Shown one piece after another: positions 17,701-26,229 of a stretch of DNA of 64,000 nucleotides. The stretch's first letter is position 1. Each line of letters begins with the position of its first letter. The notes under the pieces are model-generated. The model saw only the letters and a program-made list of their open reading frames with translations, did not search any database and was not told the origin of the DNA. The translations under genes and the position numbers were made by a program. Where the stretch lies: assembly GCF_002278925.1 (NCBI RefSeq), contig NZ_NCJH01000003.1, forward strand, positions 96,042 to 160,041, read 5' to 3'. This stretch comes from Polaromonas sp. 39-63-25. GTDB lineage: Bacteria > Pseudomonadota > Gammaproteobacteria > Burkholderiales > Burkholderiaceae_C.

Positions 17701-18361
17701 GCGCCAGGGCCTGCCGGAGCTGGTGGCGCGCCGCGTGGCCTTTCTGACGGATTACCAGAATGCGGCGTATGCAAAGCGCTACGAAAGTTTCGTGAACCGC
17801 GTCCAGCAGGCGGAATCGGCACTCGGAAAAACGCTGCTCACGCAAGCGGTTGCGAAGTACCTGTTCAAGCTGATGGCCTACAAGGACGAATACGAAGTCG
17901 CGCGTCTGCACACCGACCGCAGTTTCCTGGACAAGGTCGACGCGATGTTTGAGGGCGACTTCAAGCTCAACTATCACCTGGCCCCGCCCATGATTGCGAA
18001 GCAAAACGACAGGGGCGAGCTGCAAAAGCAGAAATTCGGCCCCTGGATGCTGACGGGCTTCAAGCTGCTGGCCAGGCTCAAGGGCTTGCGCGGCACGGCG
18101 CTGGACCCGTTCGGACGCACCGAAGAACGCCGGATGGAGCGTGGACTGATTGCCCGGTACGAGGCCAGCATTGAGGAAGTGCTGCGCACGCTGGATGCGG
18201 ACAACCATGCCGCTGCCCTTGACCTGGCCCGTATTCCGGAGCTCATCAAGGGGTATGGCCACGTCAAGGCGCGCCATGTCGAGGCTGCCCAGCAACCATG
18301 GAGCGCGGCGACGGCGGCATTCCGCCAGCCGGTCGCCGGCGAGCGCCAACTGGTTGCCTGA
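14780..18361 (+). CDS. Fused indolepyruvate/2-oxoacid:ferredoxin oxidoreductase family protein
   Basis: 'SGYRGSPLGG', TPP-binding 'GDGTYFHSG', 'FCSGCPHN', ferredoxin 'CEGCGDC...C..CLKGFCPSF', beta-subunit 'GVGGTGVIT'; 1193 aa. Confidence 0.93.
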   Translation: MNAPLPEHIRKALETVTLDDKYSLDYGQAFMSGVQALVKLPMLQRQRDALQGKNTAGFISGYRGSPLGGYDQALWKASSYLKAQNIVFQPGVNEELAATALWGTQQLGFSPPGTNKYDGVFGIWYGKGPGVDRCSDVFKHANMAGTTPWGGVIAVAGDDHVAKSSTAAHQSDHIFKACGLPVFFPTNVQEILDLGVHAFAMSRFSGVWAGMKTIQEIVESSATAMIDPERVQIKIPLDFQMPPGGVHIRWPDAALDQEARLFDYKWYAALAYIRANRLNYNVIEGPNDRFGIIASGKAYNDTRQALIDLGLDDATCRQLGIRLHKVGVVWPLEAQGTREFATGLQEILVVEEKRQVIEYQLKEELYNWRADVRPNIYGKFNEVEGDFSGGEWSMPNPTANTLLRANADLSPSLIARAIAQRVRKLGLDSDMTARIDAQLAILEAKERSLQVLEVKADRQPWFCSGCPHNTSTKVPEGSRAMAGIGCHFMALWMDRSTSGFTQMGGEGVPWVGQQPFTTDQHIFANLGDGTYFHSGSLAVRQSIASGVNITYKILYNDAVAMTGGQQIGERPEGLSVVQIAQSMRAEGAAKIVVVTDEPEKYDGVALAEGVTVHHRDELDTIQRQFREIKGTTVIIYDQTCATEKRRRRKRGTMVDPAVRVVINELVCEGCGDCSVQSNCLSVEPLETEFGRKRQINQSTCNKDMSCLKGFCPSFVTVEGGQLKKKAKGKAASPFEMDALPQPQIPATQGVNGAVWGIVVAGVGGTGVITIGQLLGMAGHIEGKGIVTQDAGGLAQKGGATWSHVLIGASQDDIRTTRVGMAGADLIIGCDPIVTAGKETVLRMREGRTHVALNSHSTPTAAFVHNANWQNPAEACAAEIAKAVGLAGVGAFNADAASIKLMGDSIYTNPMMLGYAWQKGWIPLEYASLMRAIELNAVAVDNNKTAFEWGRRAAHDLPSVEKLFASAQVISMPAPRQGLPELVARRVAFLTDYQNAAYAKRYESFVNRVQQAESALGKTLLTQAVAKYLFKLMAYKDEYEVARLHTDRSFLDKVDAMFEGDFKLNYHLAPPMIAKQNDRGELQKQKFGPWMLTGFKLLARLKGLRGTALDPFGRTEERRMERGLIARYEASIEEVLRTLDADNHAAALDLARIPELIKGYGHVKARHVEAAQQPWSAATAAFRQPVAGERQLVA

Positions 18362-18568
18362 GGACCCGGCGGGCGGGGCTGGAGGTCGCGTCCGGCCTGA
18401 AAAAGCTCGGCTGGCCGCATTTGCCGGCCGACAATGGACGGTAAGGGCCTGCAAAGGGCGAAAACCGGTAGGGTTACAAGTCCTGACATCCACCCGCCCG
18501 CATACAATCGGCCTTCCGCGCCCCCGCTGTGACCAGTGGGAGCCTTACTTATTGTTGTGGAGTCTGCC

Positions 18569-18904
18569 GTGTTTATTTCTTCCGCGTTTGCCCAAACCGC
18601 CCCAGCCGCTGCTGCCGAAGGCGGCATGTTGTCTTCGCTCACCAGCATGCTGCCGCTGGTGCTGATGTTTGTGGTGCTGTATTTCGTGATGATCCGCCCG
18701 CAGATGAAAAAACAGAAAGAGCATCGCGCGATGATTGACGCACTGGCCAAAGGCGACGAAGTGGTCACCGCCGGTGGCCTGCTCGGCACGGTCACCAAGC
18801 TGGGCGAGGCCTACCTGAGCCTGGAGCTTGCCACGGGCGTCGAGGTCCAGCTGCAGCGCAGTGCCATCGTCCAGGTCCTGCCCAAAGGCAGCATCAAGTC
18901 CTAG
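18569..18904 (+). CDS. yajC: Preprotein translocase subunit YajC
   Basis: 'FVVLYFVMIRPQMKKQKEH...LAKGDEVVTAGG'; GTG start after GGAG. Confidence 0.96.
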   Translation: MFISSAFAQTAPAAAAEGGMLSSLTSMLPLVLMFVVLYFVMIRPQMKKQKEHRAMIDALAKGDEVVTAGGLLGTVTKLGEAYLSLELATGVEVQLQRSAIVQVLPKGSIKS

Positions 18905-18973
18905 TCGTTTCTCCCGGCCGGCCGGCATGGACCGGCTTTTTCAGCCCCTCAGTTTCCCAGGAACAGCACGCTC

Positions 18974-20869
18974 ATGAATCGTTATCCGGTCTGGAAGTAC
19001 GCGATCATCGTCGTCGCCCTGTTGATTGCCGCCCTTTACACGCTGCCCAACTTTTTTGGCGAGGCGCCTGCGGTGCAGGTTTCCGCTGCCAGGTCCAGCG
19101 TCAGGATCGACGAGACAACAGTCGCTCGCGTCGAGAAGGCGCTCAAGGATGTCAATATCGTTGCGGAGGCGGTGACTTTCGATGTCACGTCGGTCAAGGC
19201 ACGTTTTGGCGACACGGACACCCAGCTCAAGGCCAAGGACGCGATTGAAAAAGCGCTGCTGCCCGATCCGGCCACACCGTCTTACATCGTGGCCCTCAAT
19301 CTGCTGTCACGCTCACCCGCCTGGCTGACCGCCCTGAACGCCCGGCCCATGTACCTCGGCCTGGACTTGCGCGGCGGTGTGCATTTCATGCTGCAGGTGG
19401 ACATGCAGGCGGCACTGACGAAAAAGGCCGAGTCGCTGGCCGGAGACATCCGCCTGGTGTTGCGGGAAAAGAACATCCGCCACGGCGGCATCAACCGCAA
19501 CGGCCAGGTCATTGAGGTCAGGTTCCGTGACACGGCCACGCTGGACGCCGCCAAACGCCTGATCCAGGACCAGTTTGCCGACCTGCAACTGGCGGACGCG
19601 CCCGACGGAACCGAGTACAAGCTCAATGCCAGCATCAAGCCCGAGGCGGCCCGTCTGGTGCAGGAGCAGGCACTCAAGCAGAACATGGTGACGCTGCACA
19701 ACCGCATCAACGAACTCGGTGTGGCCGAGCCGGTGATCCAGCAGCAGGGTCTGGACCGCATCGTGGTGCAGTTGCCCGGTGTGCAGGACACGGCCAAGGC
19801 CAAGGATATTCTGGGGCGCACGGCCACGCTGGAAATGCGGCTGGTCGATGAAAGCGCCGAAGGCCGCGCGGCCGAAAGCGGCGCCAGTGCCGTCCCTTTT
19901 GGCTCGGAGCGCTTCCTGGAACGCGACGGCCGACCTGTGATTGTCAAGAAGCAGGTGATCCTGACCGGCGAAAGCCTGACGGATGCCCAGCCGGGGTTTG
20001 ACTCGCAGAGCCAGCAGCCCAAGGTGGACCTGACCGTGGACGCCAAGGGCGGACGCATCATGCGCGACGTGAGCCGCGAAAACGTCAAGAAGCGCATGGC
20101 GATCGTGCTGTTTGAAAAAGGCAAGGGCGAGGTGCTGACGGCCCCGGTGATCCAGAGTGAGCTCGGTAACCGCTTCCAGATTTCCGGCTCCATGAGCGTG
20201 ACGGAAGCCAATGACCTGGCATTGCTGCTGCGTGCCGGATCGCTGGCTGCCCCCATGGAAATCATTGAAGAACGCACCATCGGCCCCAGCCTGGGCGCTG
20301 AAAACATCGCCAAGGGCTTTCACAGCGTGGCCTGGGGCTTTCTCGTGATCGTCGCTTTCATGGCCGTTTACTACATGCTGTTCGGGCTGTTCTCCGGTCT
20401 GGCTCTGGCGGTGAACCTGCTCCTGCTGGTGGCGGTGCTGTCCATGCTGCAGGCGACCCTGACACTGCCCGGCATGGCGGCCATGGCGCTGGCGCTCGGC
20501 ATGGCGATTGACTCCAATGTCCTGATCAACGAGCGGGTGCGCGAGGAGTTGCGCAATGGCGTGGCACCGCAGGCCGCCATCCATAGCGGCTATGAGCGCG
20601 CCTGGGCCACCATTCTGGACTCGAACATCACCACGCTGATTGCCGGGCTGGCCTTGCTGGCCTTTGGTTCCGGACCCGTGCGCGGATTCGCCGTGGTGCA
20701 CGTCATCGGCATTTTGACAAGCATGTTCTCGGCCGTGTTCTTCTCGCGCGGGCTGGTCAACCTCTGGTACGGACGGCAGAAGAAACTCAAATCGGTGTCC
20801 ATTGGTACCGTCTGGCGACCCGCCGGAAACACTGCTGTGCCTGCCAAGCCTGCAGCGTCGGCCAACTAG
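18974..20869 (+). CDS. secD: Protein translocase subunit SecD
   Basis: 'LGLDLRGGVH', 'RINELGVAEP', 'GPSLG', 'IDSNVLINERVREE'. Confidence 0.97.
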   Translation: MNRYPVWKYAIIVVALLIAALYTLPNFFGEAPAVQVSAARSSVRIDETTVARVEKALKDVNIVAEAVTFDVTSVKARFGDTDTQLKAKDAIEKALLPDPATPSYIVALNLLSRSPAWLTALNARPMYLGLDLRGGVHFMLQVDMQAALTKKAESLAGDIRLVLREKNIRHGGINRNGQVIEVRFRDTATLDAAKRLIQDQFADLQLADAPDGTEYKLNASIKPEAARLVQEQALKQNMVTLHNRINELGVAEPVIQQQGLDRIVVQLPGVQDTAKAKDILGRTATLEMRLVDESAEGRAAESGASAVPFGSERFLERDGRPVIVKKQVILTGESLTDAQPGFDSQSQQPKVDLTVDAKGGRIMRDVSRENVKKRMAIVLFEKGKGEVLTAPVIQSELGNRFQISGSMSVTEANDLALLLRAGSLAAPMEIIEERTIGPSLGAENIAKGFHSVAWGFLVIVAFMAVYYMLFGLFSGLALAVNLLLLVAVLSMLQATLTLPGMAAMALALGMAIDSNVLINERVREELRNGVAPQAAIHSGYERAWATILDSNITTLIAGLALLAFGSGPVRGFAVVHVIGILTSMFSAVFFSRGLVNLWYGRQKKLKSVSIGTVWRPAGNTAVPAKPAASAN

Positions 20870-20896
20870 ACCACAGAACAACGGACAGAAAACGCC

Positions 20897-21850
20897 ATGG
20901 AATTCTTCAAAATCCACAAAGACATCCCGTTCATGCGGCATGCCTTGATCTTCAATGTGATTTCATTCACGACCTTTGTGCTGGCCGTGGTTTTCCTGTT
21001 TTCGCGTGGCCTGCATCTGTCGGTGGAGTTCACCGGCGGCACGGTGATGGAGGTCAGCTATTCGCAGCCCGCCGATGTCGAAAAGGTCAGGGGTACCGTG
21101 GCGGGCCTGGGCTTTACCGATGTGCAGGTGCAGAATTTCGGCACGGCGCGTGAAGTGATGATCCGGCTGCCTGCACAAAAAGGCGTGACCACCGCCCAGC
21201 AGAGCGAGAAAGTGATGGCGGCGCTGAAGGCGGATGACCCGCAGATCGCCCTGCGGCGGACCGAGTTTGTCGGCCCCCAGGTGGGCGAAGAGCTGGCCCA
21301 GGATGGCCTGAAGGCGCTGGCCATGGTGGTGGTCGGCATCATGATTTACCTGGCGTTTCGCTTCGAATGGAAGTACGCGGTGGCGGCCATCATTGCCAAC
21401 CTGCACGACGTCGTGATCATTCTTGGTTTCTTCGCATTTTTCCAGTGGGAGTTTTCGCTCTCCGTGCTGGCCGCCGTGCTGGCCGTGCTGGGCTACTCGG
21501 TCAACGAATCGGTGGTGATTTTCGACCGGATACGTGAAAATTTCCGCCGTTACCGCAAGATGAACACCGTGCAGATCATCGACAACGCGATCACCTCCAC
21601 CATCAGCCGCACCATCATCACGCATGGTTCCACCCAGATCATGGTGTTGTCGATGCTGCTCTTTGGCGGACCGACCCTGTTTTACTTTGCGCTGGCCCTG
21701 ACGATTGGCATCCTGTTTGGCATCTATTCTTCGGTGTTTGTGGCCGCAGCGATTGCGATGTGGCTGGGCATCAAGCGCGAAGACCTTGTCAAGCCATCGG
21801 GGAAAAAGGAAGAGGACCCCAACGACCCGAATGCCGGGGCAACGGTTTAG
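20897..21850 (+). CDS. secF: Protein translocase subunit SecF
   Basis: 'SVEFTGGT', 'VGPQVGEEL', 'GYSVNESVVIFDRIRE'. Confidence 0.97.
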   Translation: MEFFKIHKDIPFMRHALIFNVISFTTFVLAVVFLFSRGLHLSVEFTGGTVMEVSYSQPADVEKVRGTVAGLGFTDVQVQNFGTAREVMIRLPAQKGVTTAQQSEKVMAALKADDPQIALRRTEFVGPQVGEELAQDGLKALAMVVVGIMIYLAFRFEWKYAVAAIIANLHDVVIILGFFAFFQWEFSLSVLAAVLAVLGYSVNESVVIFDRIRENFRRYRKMNTVQIIDNAITSTISRTIITHGSTQIMVLSMLLFGGPTLFYFALALTIGILFGIYSSVFVAAAIAMWLGIKREDLVKPSGKKEEDPNDPNAGATV

Positions 21851-21877
21851 GCAAACCGCACCAACATCTATACGGAC

Positions 21878-24310
21878 GTGGCCGCAAACACCAAAAGAGA
21901 CCTTCTTCTTGCCCGGCAGGCGCGCGAACGGTTTGTGAGCCACGCCGCGCGCATCCTGCCCGAGCTGGCTGGCGCCATCCGGCAAAAACTGTCGACCCTG
22001 ACCGAGCAGAGCGGCAGTGCCCGCGACATGCAGGATCGCCGTGACGCCTGGTTGTCCTTTCAGGATTCGGAAGCGGTCTGGGTCAACGCCACCATCGCTG
22101 CCTGGAAAAATGCACTGCTCCCGGCGGCCGCGCCAGCTGGCATGGCGGTGGATACCGGCAAGTTCGAGCTGATGGGCAACGAAGTGATGGAGAACAGGAT
22201 TCTTGCCTCCCGCCTGGCTTTGCGCCTGCTGGACAGTGCCAGTTGGGAGCTCAACGACCTGCGTCTGCGCGTCCAGAGCCTTGAGGGAGTTTCCGAGCTC
22301 GCCAAGGAAGACATTCTCCGACCCGAAGTCCTCTCGCAAAAGATGGTGGAGCAATGGACCCTGGCTCCCCTGTCGCGCGAGGTGTGGCTGACGGTGCAGG
22401 ACCTGATCCAGCAGCAGTTGACCGAGCATCTGCTGGAGGCCTACCGCGCCGCCAACGAGTTCCTGATCAAGGAAAACGTGATGGTGGACATCGATCTGCG
22501 GGCACTCGTCAAACGCACGCCCTCTGCAAACAGCCCGTCACCCGTGCGCGCCAAACCCAAGCCGGAGGGCCGTCGCGCCACGGCGCCGGTCGGGCAGGCG
22601 TCCGGTGAAGCTGGCGTTGAAGGGGGCTCTTCGGGCGTTGGGGCCGGGGGCGGCGGACGTTCAGGTTCAGGTTCAGGTTCAGGTTCAGGGCGTGGAGGTA
22701 GCGGTGGCGGTGGCAGCTCGTCGGGTGCTACGGGGGGGGCCGCAAACTCCGCCGCAGCCAGGGAAGCGATCCAGGACGAGACACGCATGCAGACCGGGAC
22801 GTCGCCACTGGCACGGGCGCGCATGCGGGCGCAGGGGGTGATGGGGCATCTCAAGCGCCTGCTGTCCGACCACGCCGTTGATTTTGATCACACCCACGCC
22901 AATCAGCCCTCACCCCAGCTGGCGCAGGCCCTGTCCAGGGTGCAAACCCGCGCCGCGACGGGCAATGCCTACGAAGGCACCTTGATCGATGCACCCGGTC
23001 AGGTTTATGGTGCCGTCGATGTGGAGCAGGCGGCAGGCGCCTTGCGCCAGCGCACCAGCGACCTCAAGCAGGCGGCGAGCACATCCAGTGAAAAGGCCAC
23101 CATCGAAATCGTGGCGCTGATGTTCCAGAGCATTCTGGCGGAAGACCGCATTCCGCCTGCCGTGCGGGTGTGGTTTGCCAGGCTGCAGATGCCGGTGCTG
23201 CGTGTTGCGATTTCAGAACCGGAATTTTTCGGTTCCCTGCAGCATCCGGCACGCCGGCTGATCGACCGCATGGGCTCCTGCGTGCTTGGTTTTGATGCGA
23301 CGATCTCGGGCGGTGCGCTGGAGATTGAAATCAAGCGCATCGTGCAGGTCATCGAGCAATACCCGGAGACCGGCAGGCGGGTGTTCCAGCTGGTGTATGA
23401 CGAGTTCCAGAAATTCCTTTCGAAATTCCTGTCCGGACAAGGCAGCGCCGCGCGCGTGGTCAGCGTGGCCCAGCAGATGGAACAGAAGGAAACCATGGCC
23501 ATCCAGTACACCATCGAAATGCGCAACATGCTCAACGACATGCCTGTGCGCGAAGAGATCCGTGAATTCCTTTTCAAGATCTGGGCCGAGGTGCTGGCCA
23601 TTGCAGCCATGAAAAACGGGCCCCAGCACAAGGACACGATCACGCTCAAGCAGGCGGCGGCCGATCTCGTCTGGGCCGCCAGCGCCAAGCCCAACCGGAA
23701 TGACCGGGCCCGCGTCATTGCCGACCTGCCCAAGCTGCTGCACCTGCTGCGTCTGGGCATGTCCATGCTGGGCATGACCGCGCCGGTGCAGGACCAGCAC
23801 CTGAAGATCATCAGCGATACGCTGGCGGACGCCTTCATGTCCAAGACCGATGCCATCTCCCTGGAGCGCATTGAGGAAATGTCCAGGCGGCTGGCGAATC
23901 TGGAGGACTACCTGTCGGACGAGGATGTCGGCGACCTGCCGCTGGACACCGAAAGCCTCGTCATGATGATCGGCATTGATGCCTCGGAAATCGAGGTGAT
24001 TACCGACGGTGGCAGCCAGCCCAGCGAGGCCATGCGTTCCTGGGCGCAGGAGTTGCAGCTCGGGTCCTGGTTCACGCTGGACCACAACGGCCAGGTCAGC
24101 CATGTGCAGTTTGCCTGGCGCAGTGACCGCAAGCAGTTGAACCTGTTTGCATCGACCGACGGCCGCAACTTCCTGATCCAGGCGCGCCGTCTGGCGGCCT
24201 ACCTGCAGGCCGGTCTGCTGGTGCCGACCGAAGACGAAGCCCTGACCGTGCGCGCCACCCGCGATGCGCTGGCCAAGCTCGATGCCAATCCGGAGCGCCT
24301 GCTGGGCTGA
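21878..24310 (+). CDS. DUF1631-family protein with Gly/Ser-rich linker
   Basis: Helical protein with 'WFARLQMPVLRVA..EPEFF....HPARRLIDRM' and C-terminal 'LGSWF...LNLF', typical of DUF1631. Confidence 0.75.
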   Translation: MAANTKRDLLLARQARERFVSHAARILPELAGAIRQKLSTLTEQSGSARDMQDRRDAWLSFQDSEAVWVNATIAAWKNALLPAAAPAGMAVDTGKFELMGNEVMENRILASRLALRLLDSASWELNDLRLRVQSLEGVSELAKEDILRPEVLSQKMVEQWTLAPLSREVWLTVQDLIQQQLTEHLLEAYRAANEFLIKENVMVDIDLRALVKRTPSANSPSPVRAKPKPEGRRATAPVGQASGEAGVEGGSSGVGAGGGGRSGSGSGSGSGRGGSGGGGSSSGATGGAANSAAAREAIQDETRMQTGTSPLARARMRAQGVMGHLKRLLSDHAVDFDHTHANQPSPQLAQALSRVQTRAATGNAYEGTLIDAPGQVYGAVDVEQAAGALRQRTSDLKQAASTSSEKATIEIVALMFQSILAEDRIPPAVRVWFARLQMPVLRVAISEPEFFGSLQHPARRLIDRMGSCVLGFDATISGGALEIEIKRIVQVIEQYPETGRRVFQLVYDEFQKFLSKFLSGQGSAARVVSVAQQMEQKETMAIQYTIEMRNMLNDMPVREEIREFLFKIWAEVLAIAAMKNGPQHKDTITLKQAAADLVWAASAKPNRNDRARVIADLPKLLHLLRLGMSMLGMTAPVQDQHLKIISDTLADAFMSKTDAISLERIEEMSRRLANLEDYLSDEDVGDLPLDTESLVMMIGIDASEIEVITDGGSQPSEAMRSWAQELQLGSWFTLDHNGQVSHVQFAWRSDRKQLNLFASTDGRNFLIQARRLAAYLQAGLLVPTEDEALTVRATRDALAKLDANPERLLG
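22661..22690 (+). repeat. Hexamer tandem repeat (TCAGGT)x4 + TCAGGG inside DUF1631 CDS
   Basis: Directly visible; encodes SGSGSGSGSG in a Gly-rich linker. Confidence 0.9.
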
Positions 24311-24339
24311 TCGCCAGCGCGGTGAGGAGCCTTCTTTAC

Positions 24340-24430
24340 CAGCAGGGGCCGCGGGTCCGGCTGTGCCGGCCCGCAGGCGCAGCGCCCCCTCGGGGGGCAG
24401 CGAGCTACACGCAGTGAGCGAACGTGGGGG
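24340..24430 (+). repeat. Family A palindromic dispersed repeat, copy 1
   Basis: ...GCAGCGCCCCCTCGGGGGGCAGCGAGCTACACGCAGTGAGCGAACGTGGGGG; near-identical to 28156, 40273 and 49761. Confidence 0.92.
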
Positions 24431-24432
24431 CT

Positions 24433-24957
24433 CTAATGCGCCACGCGGAAGTCCGCGTCGTCGCAGAGTTCGTCCAGGACCAGTGCATCGGGCTCTTCGC
24501 CAAAGCTCCAGTACACCATCAGCACAATGATCTTGAGGTCGTCCAGCGCAAGGGGGTCTCCCGGTGCGGCCATTGCCCGGTCGATCACGATTTCCCGCAT
24601 GTGGGATGGCAGCACACCCGAAGACTCCAGGAAACTGACGAAGCCCAGGGCCTGGGCGCCGAGGTGGTCCTGCTCTGCCACTGAATAAACACGCAGGCTG
24701 CCGGCCGACTGGGGCTGGAAGCCCGGCGGTGTGGTGGCCGTTGCGGGGACAGGGGGGGCGCTGGCCGGTGATGCGGCAGGCATACCAACCTGGGTGTTCT
24801 GCGCGGCGATGTTCAGGCCGTTGAGCCAGACCAGCGCCGCCTGGATCTCGTCGGCCTCAAAACCGACCGCCGTGAGTTTGCGGCTCAGCTGGTGCAACTC
24901 GGGGCAGGCGTCGCCTTGCCAGTAATTTTCGTAAACGTACACCAGTACTTCAAACAT
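24433..24957 (-). CDS. smg: Smg/DUF494 family protein
   Basis: 'MFEVLVYVYENYW...LTAVGFEADEI..AL.WL', 'REIVIDRAMA', 'LKIIVLMVYW'; downstream of dprA. Confidence 0.9.
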   Translation of the reverse strand: MFEVLVYVYENYWQGDACPELHQLSRKLTAVGFEADEIQAALVWLNGLNIAAQNTQVGMPAASPASAPPVPATATTPPGFQPQSAGSLRVYSVAEQDHLGAQALGFVSFLESSGVLPSHMREIVIDRAMAAPGDPLALDDLKIIVLMVYWSFGEEPDALVLDELCDDADFRVAH

Positions 24958-25036
24958 GCACTCAATATAACGCAGTTGGGAACGGTGTGACCGTTGTACG
25001 CCGCCGAAGGCCCTTGACCCGACGTAACCGTAGGCG

Positions 25037-26158
25037 TCAACCCCTCGCCATGCGCTGAAATAGCCCGCCCTGCAGCCTGGCAACCTCCCCGGCCATCTCC
25101 AGCGCCAGCAGACGGGCCTGTAATTCGGCGGTTGCCAACCCGGTGCGCGCCTGCAGGGCGTCGAGGCTGACGGGCTCGTACCCCATCGCCGCAAACAGCG
25201 GGTCGTCTGCAGGCTGTCCGTCCGCATCCGGTTCTGCGGTCAAGGCAGTCGAAAGCTGAGGCAGGTTCAACTCTTCCAGCACGTCCTGGGCGGACTCGAC
25301 CAGCTTGGCGCCCTGTTTGATGAGGGCGTGGCAGCCCCGCGACTGGGGGGAGTGGATGGAGCCGGGGATGGCAAACACCTCCTTGCCCTGTTCCGCGGCC
25401 AGGCGCGCGGTGATGAGCGAGCCCGACTTGAGCGCCGCTTCGACGACCAGCGTGCCTTGGGACAGACCGGAGATCAGGCGGTTGCGCTTCGGGAAGTTGG
25501 CGGTGAGGGGCGGTGTGCCCAGCGGGAATTCGCTGATGACCAGGCCATTTTCAGCAATGCGGTGAGCCAGCGCCAGGTGCTGCTTCGGATACACCCGGTC
25601 CAGCCCGGTGCCGACCACGGCCAGGGTGGTGCCGCCGCCGAGCAGGGCGCCGTCGTGAGCTGCGCCGTCCACGCCGAGCGCCAGCCCCGACACCACACAG
25701 AGACCGGCTTCACCGAACACCCAGGCAAATTGCCGGGCATTGCTTTCCCCCTGCGGCGTCGGGTTCCGGCTGCCCACGATAGCGAGGCAGGGAGCTGCGC
25801 TATTGATAGCTGCCGGCGCCCAGGGATCGAGGGATCCAAGCATATAAAGCATGGAAGGTGGGTCTTCGATGTCGAGCAGCGCGGGCGGGTAGCCGGCATC
25901 GCCCAGCGTCACCACACGCCGGTTGTCGGCGCCCTGCAACCAGTCCAGGGTGGTTTGCAGTTGGGCGGCCAGGGTGGCGGGCTCGGTCAGTAGCGCATCG
26001 GCCAGGCGGTCGGAGCCGAGCTGCCGCAAGGTGCTTGCGTCCTGTTCAAAGATGGCCTGGGCTGACCCGAACGCGGCCAGCAGCTGGCGGGCTCCCGCGT
26101 TGCCGATACCCGGGGTCAGCGACAGGCGCAACCAGGCGCCGAGTTCAGCAACGTCCAT
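25037..26158 (-). CDS. dprA: DNA-processing protein DprA
   Basis: 'AIVGSRNPT', 'VVSGLALGVDGAAH', 'FPKRNRLISGLS', 'GSLITARLAAEQGKEVFAIPGSI'. Confidence 0.96.
   Translation of the reverse strand: MDVAELGAWLRLSLTPGIGNAGARQLLAAFGSAQAIFEQDASTLRQLGSDRLADALLTEPATLAAQLQTTLDWLQGADNRRVVTLGDAGYPPALLDIEDPPSMLYMLGSLDPWAPAAINSAAPCLAIVGSRNPTPQGESNARQFAWVFGEAGLCVVSGLALGVDGAAHDGALLGGGTTLAVVGTGLDRVYPKQHLALAHRIAENGLVISEFPLGTPPLTANFPKRNRLISGLSQGTLVVEAALKSGSLITARLAAEQGKEVFAIPGSIHSPQSRGCHALIKQGAKLVESAQDVLEELNLPQLSTALTAEPDADGQPADDPLFAAMGYEPVSLDALQARTGLATAELQARLLALEMAGEVARLQGGLFQRMARG
25799..25840 (+). repeat. Degenerate family B repeat, antisense inside dprA
   Basis: GCTATTGATAGC-tgccg-GCGC-N11-GGG; same spacing and same antisense frame as the 14005 copy. 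Confidence 0.55.
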
Positions 26159-26229
26159 GGAAGGGTCGGATTCAGGCGGAGGCGGCAACGCAATTCATGC
26201 AGACGGTCTGCACAAGCTGGCGCTGATGC

